DNA of 56,361 nucleotides, from positions 1-56,361 of the forward strand of contig JAYUUR010000112.1 in NCBI GenBank assembly GCA_043754475.1. The letters run 5' to 3'. The position numbers and the translations under genes are program-made. Positions 48,065-56,310 of the stretch are shown piece after piece (positions within the stretch are counted from its first letter, which is position 1; the number at the start of each line of letters is the position of its first letter). The stretch is from Saprospiraceae bacterium. Its GTDB lineage: Bacteria > Bacteroidota > Bacteroidia > Chitinophagales > Saprospiraceae. Below the pieces are notes generated by a model. The model had not been told where the DNA came from, ran no database searches, and saw nothing but the letters and a program-made list of their open reading frames with translations.

Positions 48065-48182
48065 GTATCAATTAAATAGGTGTGAAATTGACCTGCCACA
48101 GCGAAATTTTATTTAAAGAAAAGTCAATTGGAATTTTGAATTAACTATTATAATTCAATCTAAATATCCAATTAATAGTATT

Positions 48183-48452
48183 TTACCAAGAGGCTTTTGT
48201 AACACCCGGTAGCTTACCTTGTAAAGCCATCAAGCGGAACGTGTAGCGATTGATACCAAAGTCACGCATAAATCCTTTAGGGCGACCTGTCAATTGGCAA
48301 CGATTGTGTAACCGCACCTTTGACCCATTGCGAGGTAGTTTATCCAACTCCTCCCAATTGCCTTCAGCTTTCAATTTGGTACGCAATTCGGCATATCTTG
48401 ACACCAAGCGCTCCCGTTTTTTTTCTCTTGCAATGATTGATTTCTTAGCCAT
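48183..48452 (-). CDS. rpsN: 30S ribosomal protein S14
   Basis: [17 protein letters not shown]... ending ...LPGVTKASW. Confidence 0.95.
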   Translation of the reverse strand: MAKKSIIAREKKRERLVSRYAELRTKLKAEGNWEELDKLPRNGSKVRLHNRCQLTGRPKGFMRDFGINRYTFRLMALQGKLPGVTKASW

Positions 48453-48464
48453 TGTCCTCTACGA

Positions 48465-49013
48465 TTATTTTTTAAAGGGCATTCCCATCGCTTTCAACAG
48501 AGCCAATGCCTCAGCATCGGTCGGTGCAGTCGTGACGAAAGTAATGTCCATACCTTGAATTTTATTGATTTTATCAATATCAATCTCAGGAAAAATGATT
48601 TGTTCAGTAACACCCATAGTGTAGTTGCCACGACCGTCAAAGCTCTTATCATTGATACCTTTGAAGTCACGTACACGAGGCAAAGCCACTGTAATGAATC
48701 TATCAAGAAACTCATACATATTGTCGCCACGTAAAGTTACGCGAACCCCAATAGGCATATCTTCCCGAAGTTTAAAGTTAGAGATTGAAGTGCGTGCTTT
48801 AGTAGAGACTGCTTTTTGACCTGCAATAGTGGTCATTTCATTCATCGCTACTTCAACGAGTTTTTTATCCTGAGTAGCACCACCAACACCTTGATTAATA
48901 CAAATCTTAGTAATTTTCGGCACTTGCATAACCGTTTTATATTGGAATTGCTCCATCAATTTAGAGGCAACTTCCTTACGATACTTTTCTTTAAGTCTGG
49001 GTACGTAGCTCAT
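48465..49013 (-). CDS. rplE: 50S ribosomal protein L5
   Basis: ...[11 protein letters not shown]...[10 protein letters not shown]... Confidence 0.95.
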   Translation of the reverse strand: MSYVPRLKEKYRKEVASKLMEQFQYKTVMQVPKITKICINQGVGGATQDKKLVEVAMNEMTTIAGQKAVSTKARTSISNFKLREDMPIGVRVTLRGDNMYEFLDRFITVALPRVRDFKGINDKSFDGRGNYTMGVTEQIIFPEIDIDKINKIQGMDITFVTTAPTDAEALALLKAMGMPFKK

Positions 49014-49345
49014 TACTTAATAGTTTGACCTGATTTTTTTGAATAGCGAACTAATTTTCCGTCTTCTTCACGACGACCTACACGTGTTGGAGTATCCGTT
49101 TTCGGATCAACAAGCATAAGGTTTGAAATTTGAATCGGTAATTCGATTTCTTCTCTTCCGCCTTGGCTTGTTTGAGTCGGCTTGCGATGTTTAGTCGCCA
49201 CACGAACACCTTGAACAATAGCTCTATTTTCCGTAGGGAAAACCTTGATTACCTCTCCGGTTTTGCCTTTATCTTCGCCGGTAATTACCATCACCTTATC
49301 GCCTGTTTTGATACGAAGCTTGGGTGCGAATCTTTTTGTTGCCAT
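49013..49345 (-). CDS. rplX: 50S ribosomal protein L24
   Basis: ...[23 protein letters not shown]... (KOW motif). Confidence 0.95.
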   Translation of the reverse strand: MATKRFAPKLRIKTGDKVMVITGEDKGKTGEVIKVFPTENRAIVQGVRVATKHRKPTQTSQGGREEIELPIQISNLMLVDPKTDTPTRVGRREEDGKLVRYSKKSGQTIK

Positions 49346-49379
49346 TTTACTTATAATATTGAGTAGTAACTTTTAATAT

Positions 49380-49745
49380 TTATAGTACTTCGGGTGCCAA
49401 TGAGACAATTCTCATATAGTCTTTATCACGCAACTCCCGTGCAACAGGTCCGAAAATACGCGAACCGCGAGGTTCATCCGATGCACTTAAAAGGACACAA
49501 GCGTTATCATCGAAACGAATATAAGAACCATCTTTACGACGAATCTCTTTACGAGTGCGAACGATAACGGCCTTTGAAACCGACCCTTTTTTAACACCTC
49601 CCGGTGTTGCATCTTTAACAGTAACAACTATTTTGTCACCAATTGAAGCATAACGGCGCTTCGAGCCACCTAATACACGGATACAAAGAACTTCCTTTGC
49701 GCCACTGTTATCCGCTACTTTTAATCTTGATTCTGCCTGTATCAT
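49380..49745 (-). CDS. rplN: 50S ribosomal protein L14
   Basis: [27 protein letters not shown]... Confidence 0.95.
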   Translation of the reverse strand: MIQAESRLKVADNSGAKEVLCIRVLGGSKRRYASIGDKIVVTVKDATPGGVKKGSVSKAVIVRTRKEIRRKDGSYIRFDDNACVLLSASDEPRGSRIFGPVARELRDKDYMRIVSLAPEVL

Positions 49746-49837
49746 TTTCTTTTATATTGAAAATTTTTACAAAGAAGTTATTATTAGAGGAATTTAAATA
49801 CAGGTTGAAAACCTTAAATTCATAATCAATAACGAAT

Positions 49838-50098
49838 TTATTTCGCTTTCGCAACCACTTCAATAAGTCTCCAACGCTTCAATTTACTGAGGGGGCGTGT
49901 CTCCATGATGAGGACAGTATCGCCCACTCCGACAACATTCAACTCGTCGTGAGCGTGTAATTTCTTAGTTTGCTTGACGAATTTGCCGTAAATCGGATGC
50001 TTCAACTTACGCTCTACTTTTACAGTAATCGTCTTGTTTCTCGCACTACTTGATACGATACCGATACGGGTCTTTCTAAGATTTCTTTCAGCACTCAT
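49838..50098 (-). CDS. rpsQ: 30S ribosomal protein S17
   Basis: ...[19 protein letters not shown]...[17 protein letters not shown]... The RPLSK codons spell the iterated word. Confidence 0.95.
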   Translation of the reverse strand: MSAERNLRKTRIGIVSSSARNKTITVKVERKLKHPIYGKFVKQTKKLHAHDELNVVGVGDTVLIMETRPLSKLKRWRLIEVVAKAK

Positions 50099-50184
50099 TT
50101 TTTTTATTGTTTTTAGTTTTTTGTACTCAGTTTTTAGAAATTCAAAATACTAAAAACTAAATCCTAAACACTTAAAATTACGCT

Positions 50185-50454
50185 TTATTTAAGACGAGCG
50201 CGGCGAGCGCGAATGCGTGAACGCATTTCCAAATCCTCTGCTGAATATTCAGACAAATCGCGTTTGCGAAGTTCAGTATGAAAGCGCGCAATATCTTTAC
50301 GCATTTTCTTAAACTGACTGTTATCGGTGATACCCCGTACAGATTGTTCGAGCTTCATTTTCTGAAGGTCATGTTCTAATACGGTTAACTCGCTTGATAG
50401 AGCTTCTTCCGATATTTCTTGCAGGTTTTTTTTCTTGTCTGCCATTTTTTTCAA
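50185..50454 (-). CDS. rpmC: 50S ribosomal protein L29 (with C-terminal extension)
   Basis: Contains the L29 helical core ...LQKMKLEQSVRGITDNSQFKKMRKDIARFHTELRKR... At 89 aa it is longer than the usual ~65 aa. Confidence 0.85.
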   Translation of the reverse strand: MKKMADKKKNLQEISEEALSSELTVLEHDLQKMKLEQSVRGITDNSQFKKMRKDIARFHTELRKRDLSEYSAEDLEMRSRIRARRARLK

Positions 50455-50487
50455 CTATTTAAAATCTTGACTTTCAATCAATTGTGA

Positions 50488-50907
50488 TTACTCCGCATAA
50501 TCTACACGGGTAACGGTCTTTGTCATCACGGGTAATTTCTGTGCGCCCAAACGAAGAGCATGACGCGCTACATCTTCCGGAACACCATCAATCTCAAATA
50601 TGATGCGACCCGGTTTTACCAAAGCCACCCAATGATCAAGGGCACCTTTACCTTTACCCATACGAACCTCAGCAGGTTTTGATGTAACAGGTTTATCAGG
50701 AAATACAAGACACCATACTTTACCTTCACGTTTCATGTGACGTGTAATCGCAATACGGGCTGCTTCTATCTGACGGCTGGTTAAGCGACCTAAATCCATT
50801 GATTTGAGGGCGAAAGAACCGAATGATACGGTGCTTCCTTTAAACGCCAAACCTGTGTTGCGCCCTTTTTGCTGCTTGCGATATTTCGTTCTTTTCGGCT
50901 GTAACAT
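50488..50907 (-). CDS. rplP: 50S ribosomal protein L16
   Basis: [16 protein letters not shown]... Confidence 0.95.
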   Translation of the reverse strand: MLQPKRTKYRKQQKGRNTGLAFKGSTVSFGSFALKSMDLGRLTSRQIEAARIAITRHMKREGKVWCLVFPDKPVTSKPAEVRMGKGKGALDHWVALVKPGRIIFEIDGVPEDVARHALRLGAQKLPVMTKTVTRVDYAE

Positions 50908-51081
50908 TGTTCAAATGTTTTATGTGCGAATCTAAAATCCGCTATCTTTTATTGAACAAGCCTGTCTAATCAAGCCCTTTTTTCAAAGCGGCTGCAAAAA
51001 TACAGACTTTTGTTTGAATACTCTAACTTTATTATAAGTTTTATTCTGAAATTACAGAATAAATTCGGGCGTAGCAAAATA

Positions 51082-52032
51082 TTATTTTTTGACTCCGCCG
51101 CCGCCACCACCGCGATTTCCACCGCCGCCGCCACCGCCACGATTGCCGCCACCGCCAGTTCCGCCACCACGATTGCCGCCACCTGCTCCACCGCTACCAC
51201 CGCGATTTCCACCGCCGCCGCCACGATTGTCACGTCCATCTCCACCACCTCTATTATCTCTGCGATCACCACCGCCTCTGTTATCACGACGATCACCACC
51301 ACCTCTGTTATCACGGCGATCTCCACCGCCTCTATTATCTCTGCGATCTCCGCCGCCGCCGCCAGTATTTGTAGTAGACCCCTCAGTAAGAAGCGTTAAT
51401 TCGCGCTTACCAAAGACTTCGCCTTTACAAATCCAAACTTTGATACCCAATTTTCCATAAACAGTTTGAGCTTCGCTGTGAGCGTAATCAATATCCGCAC
51501 GGAAAGTATGTAGAGGTGTACGACCTTCTTTGAATTCTTCACTCCGAGCCATATCTGCACCGTTCAAACGACCACCAATACGCACTTTGATACCTTCGGC
51601 ACCTACACGCATAGTTTGTTGAATAGCCATTTTGATAGCACGTCGATAGTTGATACGACCTTCAAGCTGTTTAGCTATAGATTCACCAACAATAGCGGCA
51701 TCTAATTCCGGCTTACGGATTTCATTGATGTTGATTTGAACATCTTTACCGGTGAGTTTTTTTAACTCTTCGCGGATACGATCAACTTCTTGACCACCTT
51801 TGCCGATAATAATACCGGGGCGAGATGTCTGAATTGTAACCGTTACACGCTTGAGCGTGCGCTCCATGATAACACGGGCAACGCCACCTTTGCTAATACG
51901 GGCTTTGAGGTAATTACGGATTCTTTCATCCTCAACTACTTTCTCCGCCATATCTTTACCACCGAACCAGTTAGATTCCCAACCACGGATGATACCCAAG
52001 CGATTACCTATCGGATTTGCTTTTTGACCCAT
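51082..52032 (-). CDS. rpsC: 30S ribosomal protein S3 with ~98-aa Gly/Arg/Asp/Asn repeat tail
   Basis: [23 protein letters not shown]..., with KH and S3-C domains, followed by the tail (GGGDRRDNR)x4-5 and (G)nNR repeats. Confidence 0.93.
   Translation of the reverse strand: MGQKANPIGNRLGIIRGWESNWFGGKDMAEKVVEDERIRNYLKARISKGGVARVIMERTLKRVTVTIQTSRPGIIIGKGGQEVDRIREELKKLTGKDVQININEIRKPELDAAIVGESIAKQLEGRINYRRAIKMAIQQTMRVGAEGIKVRIGGRLNGADMARSEEFKEGRTPLHTFRADIDYAHSEAQTVYGKLGIKVWICKGEVFGKRELTLLTEGSTTNTGGGGGDRRDNRGGGDRRDNRGGGDRRDNRGGGDRRDNRGGGDGRDNRGGGGGNRGGSGGAGGGNRGGGTGGGGNRGGGGGGGNRGGGGGGVKK
51223..51357 (-). repeat. Five tandem 27-nt units encoding GGGD(R/G)RDNR within rpsC
   Basis: Units occupy 51223-51249, 51250-51276, 51277-51303, 51304-51330 and 51331-51357. 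They have synonymous and near-synonymous differences. Confidence 0.9.
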
Positions 52033-52101
52033 TGTGAACTTTTAACGAGGTTTTTAGAACCTCCGTTTATTTTTTTATTAAAAATAAAATTTCAATTAAA
52101 A

Positions 52102-52455
52102 TTAAACAGCTATCGGCTTACGATTTTCAACAATAATCGTAATGTGATTCGTCCGCTTACGAATCCGATGAGCGCGACCTTGTGGTGCAGGCTGAAAACG
52201 CTTGAGCATTGTCGCCGCATCACTGAATGCTGTTTTGATGTATAGGTCATACTCAGCCGCATCAAGTTCAGTTTTCACTTCCCAGTTTGCTACTGCTGAC
52301 ATCACTATTTTTTGTAACCACACTGCAGCTTCCTTGTTGGTATAACGAAGAATGCCTAATGCTTCACCTACATTTTTGCCGCGAACGTTATCCACCACGA
52401 GGCGCATTTTACGTGCCGACATTGGGCAACTTTTGAATCTTGCTACTGCTTCCAT
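52102..52455 (-). CDS. rplV: 50S ribosomal protein L22
   Basis: ...MSARKMRLVVDNVRGKNVGEALGILRYT... Confidence 0.95.
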   Translation of the reverse strand: MEAVARFKSCPMSARKMRLVVDNVRGKNVGEALGILRYTNKEAAVWLQKIVMSAVANWEVKTELDAAEYDLYIKTAFSDAATMLKRFQPAPQGRAHRIRKRTNHITIIVENRKPIAV

Positions 52456-52536
52456 TGTCTGTACTCAGTATTTAATGGTGTGTAAATATTGACAACACCA
52501 CGCTATGTTTTTTTAAAATGCTATTTAAATGGATTA

Positions 52537-52546
52537 TACTGAGGGG
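52537..52546 (+). repeat. Iterated word in the rpsS-rplV spacer
   Basis: Exact TACTGAGGGG inside a 141-nt spacer. The local sequence tatactgagggggtata has 5-nt inverted arms. Confidence 0.95.
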
Positions 52547-52596
52547 GTATAGTTTTATAAAAAATCTAAACCAAGACTCAATATATTCAAACCAAT

Positions 52597-52866
52597 TTAC
52601 TTCTTACGATTGCCTGAGTGACCTTTAAAGTTACGTGTCGGCGAAAACTCACCTAACTTGTGACCCACCATATTCTCAGTGACGAACACTGGGACGAAGG
52701 TTTTACCGTTGTGAACGGCAATGGTCAAGCCCACCATACTTGGAAAAATCATCGAAGCGCGTGACCATGTTTTAATCACGGTTTTCTTATTGCTTTCACG
52801 CATTGCTTCTACTTTCTCAAGCAATTTGTGAAATATATAAGGTCCTTTTTTTAATGAACGAGGCAT
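52597..52866 (-). CDS. rpsS: 30S ribosomal protein S19
   Basis: [19 protein letters not shown]...[16 protein letters not shown]... Confidence 0.95.
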   Translation of the reverse strand: MPRSLKKGPYIFHKLLEKVEAMRESNKKTVIKTWSRASMIFPSMVGLTIAVHNGKTFVPVFVTENMVGHKLGEFSPTRNFKGHSGNRKK

Positions 52867-52885
52867 GATAAAATATTTTATATTT

Positions 52886-53719
52886 TTACTTATTTGTCGT
52901 TTTACGTCTTGTCACTATCAAGCTTGTAGAGCGTGAATTTGGATTACGCGTCTTAGCTCCTTTAGCTTTCTTACCAGTCCGTGAACGTGGGTGACCACCT
53001 GATGCACGACCTTCACCACCACCCATCGGGTGATCCACAGGATTCATTACAACACCTCTATTATGAGGACGACGACCTTCCCAACGTCTTGCACCCGCTT
53101 TACCGAATACTTCAAGGCTATGATCTTGATTTGAAACAACACCTACTGTCACACGGCAAGTCATCAAAATGCGGCGAACTTCACCTGAAGGCAAACGCAA
53201 AATAGCATATCTTCCTTCTTTACCTGATAAAGTCGCGTAAGTACCCGCCGAGCGAGCCATCGCACCACCTTTACCCGGTTGCATCTCTATATTGTGTACT
53301 TGAACACCTAATGGCACTTCAGATAAGAACATCGTATTACCAACATCTGGCGTTACACCTGCTCCGCTTTGAATAATAGCACCTACTTTCAAGCCATTTG
53401 GTGCGATGATATAACGTTTTTCACCGTCAGCATAAAAAACCAAAGCAATAAAAGCCGAACGATTCGGATCGTACTCAATTGTTTTTACTGTTGCCGGAAC
53501 ACCATCTTTATCACGTTTGAAGTCAATGATACGATATTGACGCTTGTGTCCACCACCACGATAACGCACTGTCATTTTACCTGAGTGGTTACGACCACCC
53601 GTAGCTGGAAGGCTCTCAAGGAGAGTCTTTTCAGGCACATCAGTTGTGACCTCTGCGAAAGCATTGGTAACTCTGGTACGCAACGTAGGCGTTAGCGGAT
53701 TATACTTTTTTACTGGCAT
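52886..53719 (-). CDS. rplB: 50S ribosomal protein L2
   Basis: [14 protein letters not shown]...GGGHKRQYR...HPMGGGEGR... Confidence 0.95.
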   Translation of the reverse strand: MPVKKYNPLTPTLRTRVTNAFAEVTTDVPEKTLLESLPATGGRNHSGKMTVRYRGGGHKRQYRIIDFKRDKDGVPATVKTIEYDPNRSAFIALVFYADGEKRYIIAPNGLKVGAIIQSGAGVTPDVGNTMFLSEVPLGVQVHNIEMQPGKGGAMARSAGTYATLSGKEGRYAILRLPSGEVRRILMTCRVTVGVVSNQDHSLEVFGKAGARRWEGRRPHNRGVVMNPVDHPMGGGEGRASGGHPRSRTGKKAKGAKTRNPNSRSTSLIVTRRKTTNK

Positions 53720-53799
53720 CTTATTAAAAGATTTTGGATTTCAGATTCTGAATTTCAAACTATTATAATGTCCAATTTGAAACTACAAATTCATAAAAA

Positions 53800-54108
53800 T
53801 TATTCTTCACCTTGGTCTCCACCACCAAAAAGGTCAATTTTTTCACCTTCTTGCAATGTAACAAATGCTTTTTTATAAGCAGGTTTTACACCTTTTACTA
53901 CACCTGTACGCGTTGAGCGCGATTTGGCTTTGCCCGGTATAACTGTTGTATTTACAGCCGAAACCGAAACGTTGAACATCGCCTCTACCGCTTTCGCAAC
54001 TTCGAGTTTGTTAGCCTTTCTATCCACAACGAAAGTATAAACTGAACTTTTCATTGCTTTATCCGACTTCTCGGTGATAATTGGACGAATTAAAATGTCT
54101 CTTGCCAT
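53800..54108 (-). CDS. rplW: 50S ribosomal protein L23
   Basis: ...ILIRPIITEKSDKAM...YTFVVDRKANKLEVAKAVE... Confidence 0.93.
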   Translation of the reverse strand: MARDILIRPIITEKSDKAMKSSVYTFVVDRKANKLEVAKAVEAMFNVSVSAVNTTVIPGKAKSRSTRTGVVKGVKPAYKKAFVTLQEGEKIDLFGGGDQGEE

Positions 54109-54129
54109 TTTTTTTTATAATTTGATAAT

Positions 54130-54174
54130 TTTCTACCGGAATTTAACCCCTCTGGGGCAACCACTAAGCAGTTA
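54130..54174 (+). repeat. 47-nt spacer repeat, copy B (ttttctaccggaatttaacccctctggggcaaccactaagcagtta)
   Basis: Partner of 46507-46553, located in the 88-nt rplD-rplW spacer. Confidence 0.85.
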
Positions 54175-54196
54175 TGATAATTGACTATTTAATCAA

Positions 54197-54823
54197 TCAA
54201 TTAAACATTTCTTGAATTTTTGCTACTGAACCTTCCGACAAAACCAATGATTGTGTTTGCATGATTTGATAAGTGTTCAAATCACTTGCACGAGTCAATG
54301 CTACACGTTGAATATTACGGCTTGATTTCAATAAATTTTCGTTCAATTCAGGTGTTACAAGTACAGTTCTTTTACCCGCAATTCCTAAGCTTTTAAGAAC
54401 ATTGATAAGCTCTTTGGTTTTAGGGGCTTCCATATTGAAATCCTCTATAATCATAATAGAACCTGACGCAGCTTTAGTAGAAAGTGCTGATTTACGAGCC
54501 AGTTGCTTCACTTTTTTGTTCAATTTGACAACATATTCGTGAGGCTTAGGACCGAAAACACGCGCACCACCATATAAAAGCGGTGAATTAATATCACCTC
54601 TACGTGCGCCACCTGTTCCTTTTTGTTTGAACAATTTACGCGTAGAACCCGACATTTCACTCCGTTCTTTCGACTTGTGCGTACCTTGACGTTGATGCGC
54701 CAAATAGGCTTTCACAGCAAGATATACGACATGTTGATTCGGCTCAATGCCGAAGATGTCAGCAGGCAATTCAACGCTTCTGCCGGTCTTCTGACCTTGT
54801 ATATTTAAAACATCTACTTGCAT
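54197..54823 (-). CDS. rplD: 50S ribosomal protein L4
   Basis: ...YLAHQRQGTHKSKERSEMSGSTRKLFKQKGTGGARRGD... Confidence 0.95.
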   Translation of the reverse strand: MQVDVLNIQGQKTGRSVELPADIFGIEPNQHVVYLAVKAYLAHQRQGTHKSKERSEMSGSTRKLFKQKGTGGARRGDINSPLLYGGARVFGPKPHEYVVKLNKKVKQLARKSALSTKAASGSIMIIEDFNMEAPKTKELINVLKSLGIAGKRTVLVTPELNENLLKSSRNIQRVALTRASDLNTYQIMQTQSLVLSEGSVAKIQEMFN

Positions 54824-54830
54824 TTCTTAT

Positions 54831-55454
54831 TTATTTTTCAATAATGATATACGCGCCTTTATGACCCGGAACCGCTCCTTTTACGAGCATTAGATTTTGG
54901 TCAGCAAAGATTTTAGCTACTTTCAAACCTTTTATAGTCACTGTATCGCCACCAGTACGACCAGCCATCCGCATACCTTTCATGACCTTTGAAGGGAATG
55001 AAGATGCTCCGATAGAACCCGGTGCTCTTAAACGATCATGTTGACCATGTGTGCTTTGACCGACACCGCTAAAGCCGTGACGCTTGACAACACCTTGAAA
55101 ACCTTTACCTTTAGATGTACCTACTACGAATACTTTATCTCCTTCTGCAAATATCTCAGCGACATTAATAGTGTCACCTAATTGTTTGGCGATACTTGCG
55201 TTGCGAAATTCAACCACTTGGCTCATAGCACCCTCAACACCAGCTTTCTTGAAGTGTCCAAGCATTTGCTTTGATGTATTTTTTGCTTTTGCCTCGCCGA
55301 AAGCTACCTGTAGCGCATCGTATCCATCAGTTTCACTCGTTTTGACTTGAGTTACAACGTTTGGACCCAATTCTACAACCGTTACGGGGATAGAATTTCC
55401 CTTTTCATCGAAGATGCTGGTCATACCAACTTTCTTTCCGATTAATCCGTTCAC
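54831..55454 (-). CDS. rplC: 50S ribosomal protein L3
   Basis: (M/V)[18 protein letters not shown]... from the GTG at 55454. The track ORF is over-extended to an upstream ATG at 55535. Confidence 0.9.
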   Translation of the reverse strand: MNGLIGKKVGMTSIFDEKGNSIPVTVVELGPNVVTQVKTSETDGYDALQVAFGEAKAKNTSKQMLGHFKKAGVEGAMSQVVEFRNASIAKQLGDTINVAEIFAEGDKVFVVGTSKGKGFQGVVKRHGFSGVGQSTHGQHDRLRAPGSIGASSFPSKVMKGMRMAGRTGGDTVTIKGLKVAKIFADQNLMLVKGAVPGHKGAYIIIEK

Positions 55455-55652
55455 TTTATTAATAATTTTAAATTTTAAGAAATTTAGACAGGCAGAACTT
55501 ACCGTTCCCGTTAGTGAGATGTGCCGAAGTATCATTATGAATGAATAATTAAAATTATTACCATCATGGCTTGATACGTGAGAGATTTAAAACAAGTATA
55601 AAAGATTGAATGCCTTTACTTTGTAAAAAATTACTCTCTTGTTTTCGACAGA

Positions 55653-55662
55653 TACTGAGGGG
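55653..55662 (+). repeat. Iterated word in the rpsJ-rplC spacer
   Basis: Exact TACTGAGGGG (local gatactgaggggtatc) inside a 339-nt spacer. Confidence 0.95.
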
Positions 55663-55793
55663 TATCGAATGGATAAATTTTTCAAACAAAAAATTTATCA
55701 ACACGACCTTTTCAGTAAATAGCCACTAAAAATCTTAAAGTATAGATGATGAATAAGGATTCGTCAATAATCTCTACCCGATTATTTCGGGAC

Positions 55794-56102
55794 TTACATC
55801 AGCTTTACCTGAATATCTACGCCACTTGGTAATTCCAGTTTAGACAAAGCATCAACTGTTTTCGCATTGGGCGAATAGATTTCGATTAGCCGCTTGTGTG
55901 TGCGGAGTTGGAACTGCTCACGAGCTTTCTTATTGACGTGCGGAGAACGCAGGACAGTATAGATTCTCTTCTCGGTGGGCAGCGGAATCGGACCAACTAC
56001 TGCCGCGTTTGTAGCGCGAACTGTTTTAACAATCTTTTCAGTAGATTTATCTACCAAATTATGATCGTAGCTCCGGAGTTTGATTCTGATTTTCTGATTC
56101 AT
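55794..56102 (-). CDS. rpsJ: 30S ribosomal protein S10
   Basis: [25 protein letters not shown]...[23 protein letters not shown]... Confidence 0.95.
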   Translation of the reverse strand: MNQKIRIKLRSYDHNLVDKSTEKIVKTVRATNAAVVGPIPLPTEKRIYTVLRSPHVNKKAREQFQLRTHKRLIEIYSPNAKTVDALSKLELPSGVDIQVKLM

Positions 56103-56158
56103 TACCCTATTTTATCGTTTTCAAATATTATCAAATCCACCTTCTGTGAATTGCGCTG

Positions 56159-56189
56159 CAAAAGTAATCCCTTTTTCTGAACCACCAAA
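56159..56189 (-). promoter_or_regulatory. Candidate Bacteroidota-type promoter of the S10 operon (-33 TTTG / -7 TACTTTTG)
   Basis: On the minus strand, TTTG (56189-56186), a 19-nt spacer, then TACTTTTG (56166-56159). This matches the TTTG-N19-21-TAnnTTTG consensus, about 57 nt upstream of the rpsJ ATG. Confidence 0.5.
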
Positions 56190-56310
56190 TTGTTTTCAAA
56201 AAATTATTAGTTTTTTTAAAAAATAATTTTAAAATGGAAAAGTATTGGGTTTTTATAAAAATAATCAGCAATTTCCGCTTTGACAATTCTATGACAATTC
56301 AATGAGTTGA

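Noticed and set aside
51223-51357. Regularly spaced 27-nt repeats considered as a possible CRISPR array.
   Set aside because: The units are contiguous with no spacers, lie inside the rpsC reading frame, and encode a peptide repeat. No cas genes are present.
50970-51460. Three track ORFs with striking low-complexity translations: 51089-51460 (+), proline-rich [11 protein letters not shown]...; 51010-51399 (+), A/T/S/I-rich; 50970-51326 (-), V/A/I/E-rich.
   Set aside because: They are alternative-frame or antisense readings of the GGGDRRDNR repeat tail of rpsC. The S3 frame is continuous with a conserved core, so these are artefacts of the repeat.
1503-55662. Interpreting the iterated word as a Chi-like or KOPS/FtsK-orienting polar sequence.
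   Set aside because: Such signals are almost uniformly oriented along a replichore. Here the window-wide strand ratio is 22:21 and the first 16 kb is fully mixed. Only a weak regional clustering remains, reported separately as low-confidence.
1503-55662. Interpreting the iterated word as the core of a MITE or IS terminal repeat.
   Set aside because: Aligning the flanks of all 43 copies shows conservation only over about 14-15 nt, with no TIR pair and no target-site duplication. At least one copy (S17 RPLSK) overlies a conserved peptide without insertion. Only two or three copies abut the separate REP-like TGTCATTGCGAGG unit.
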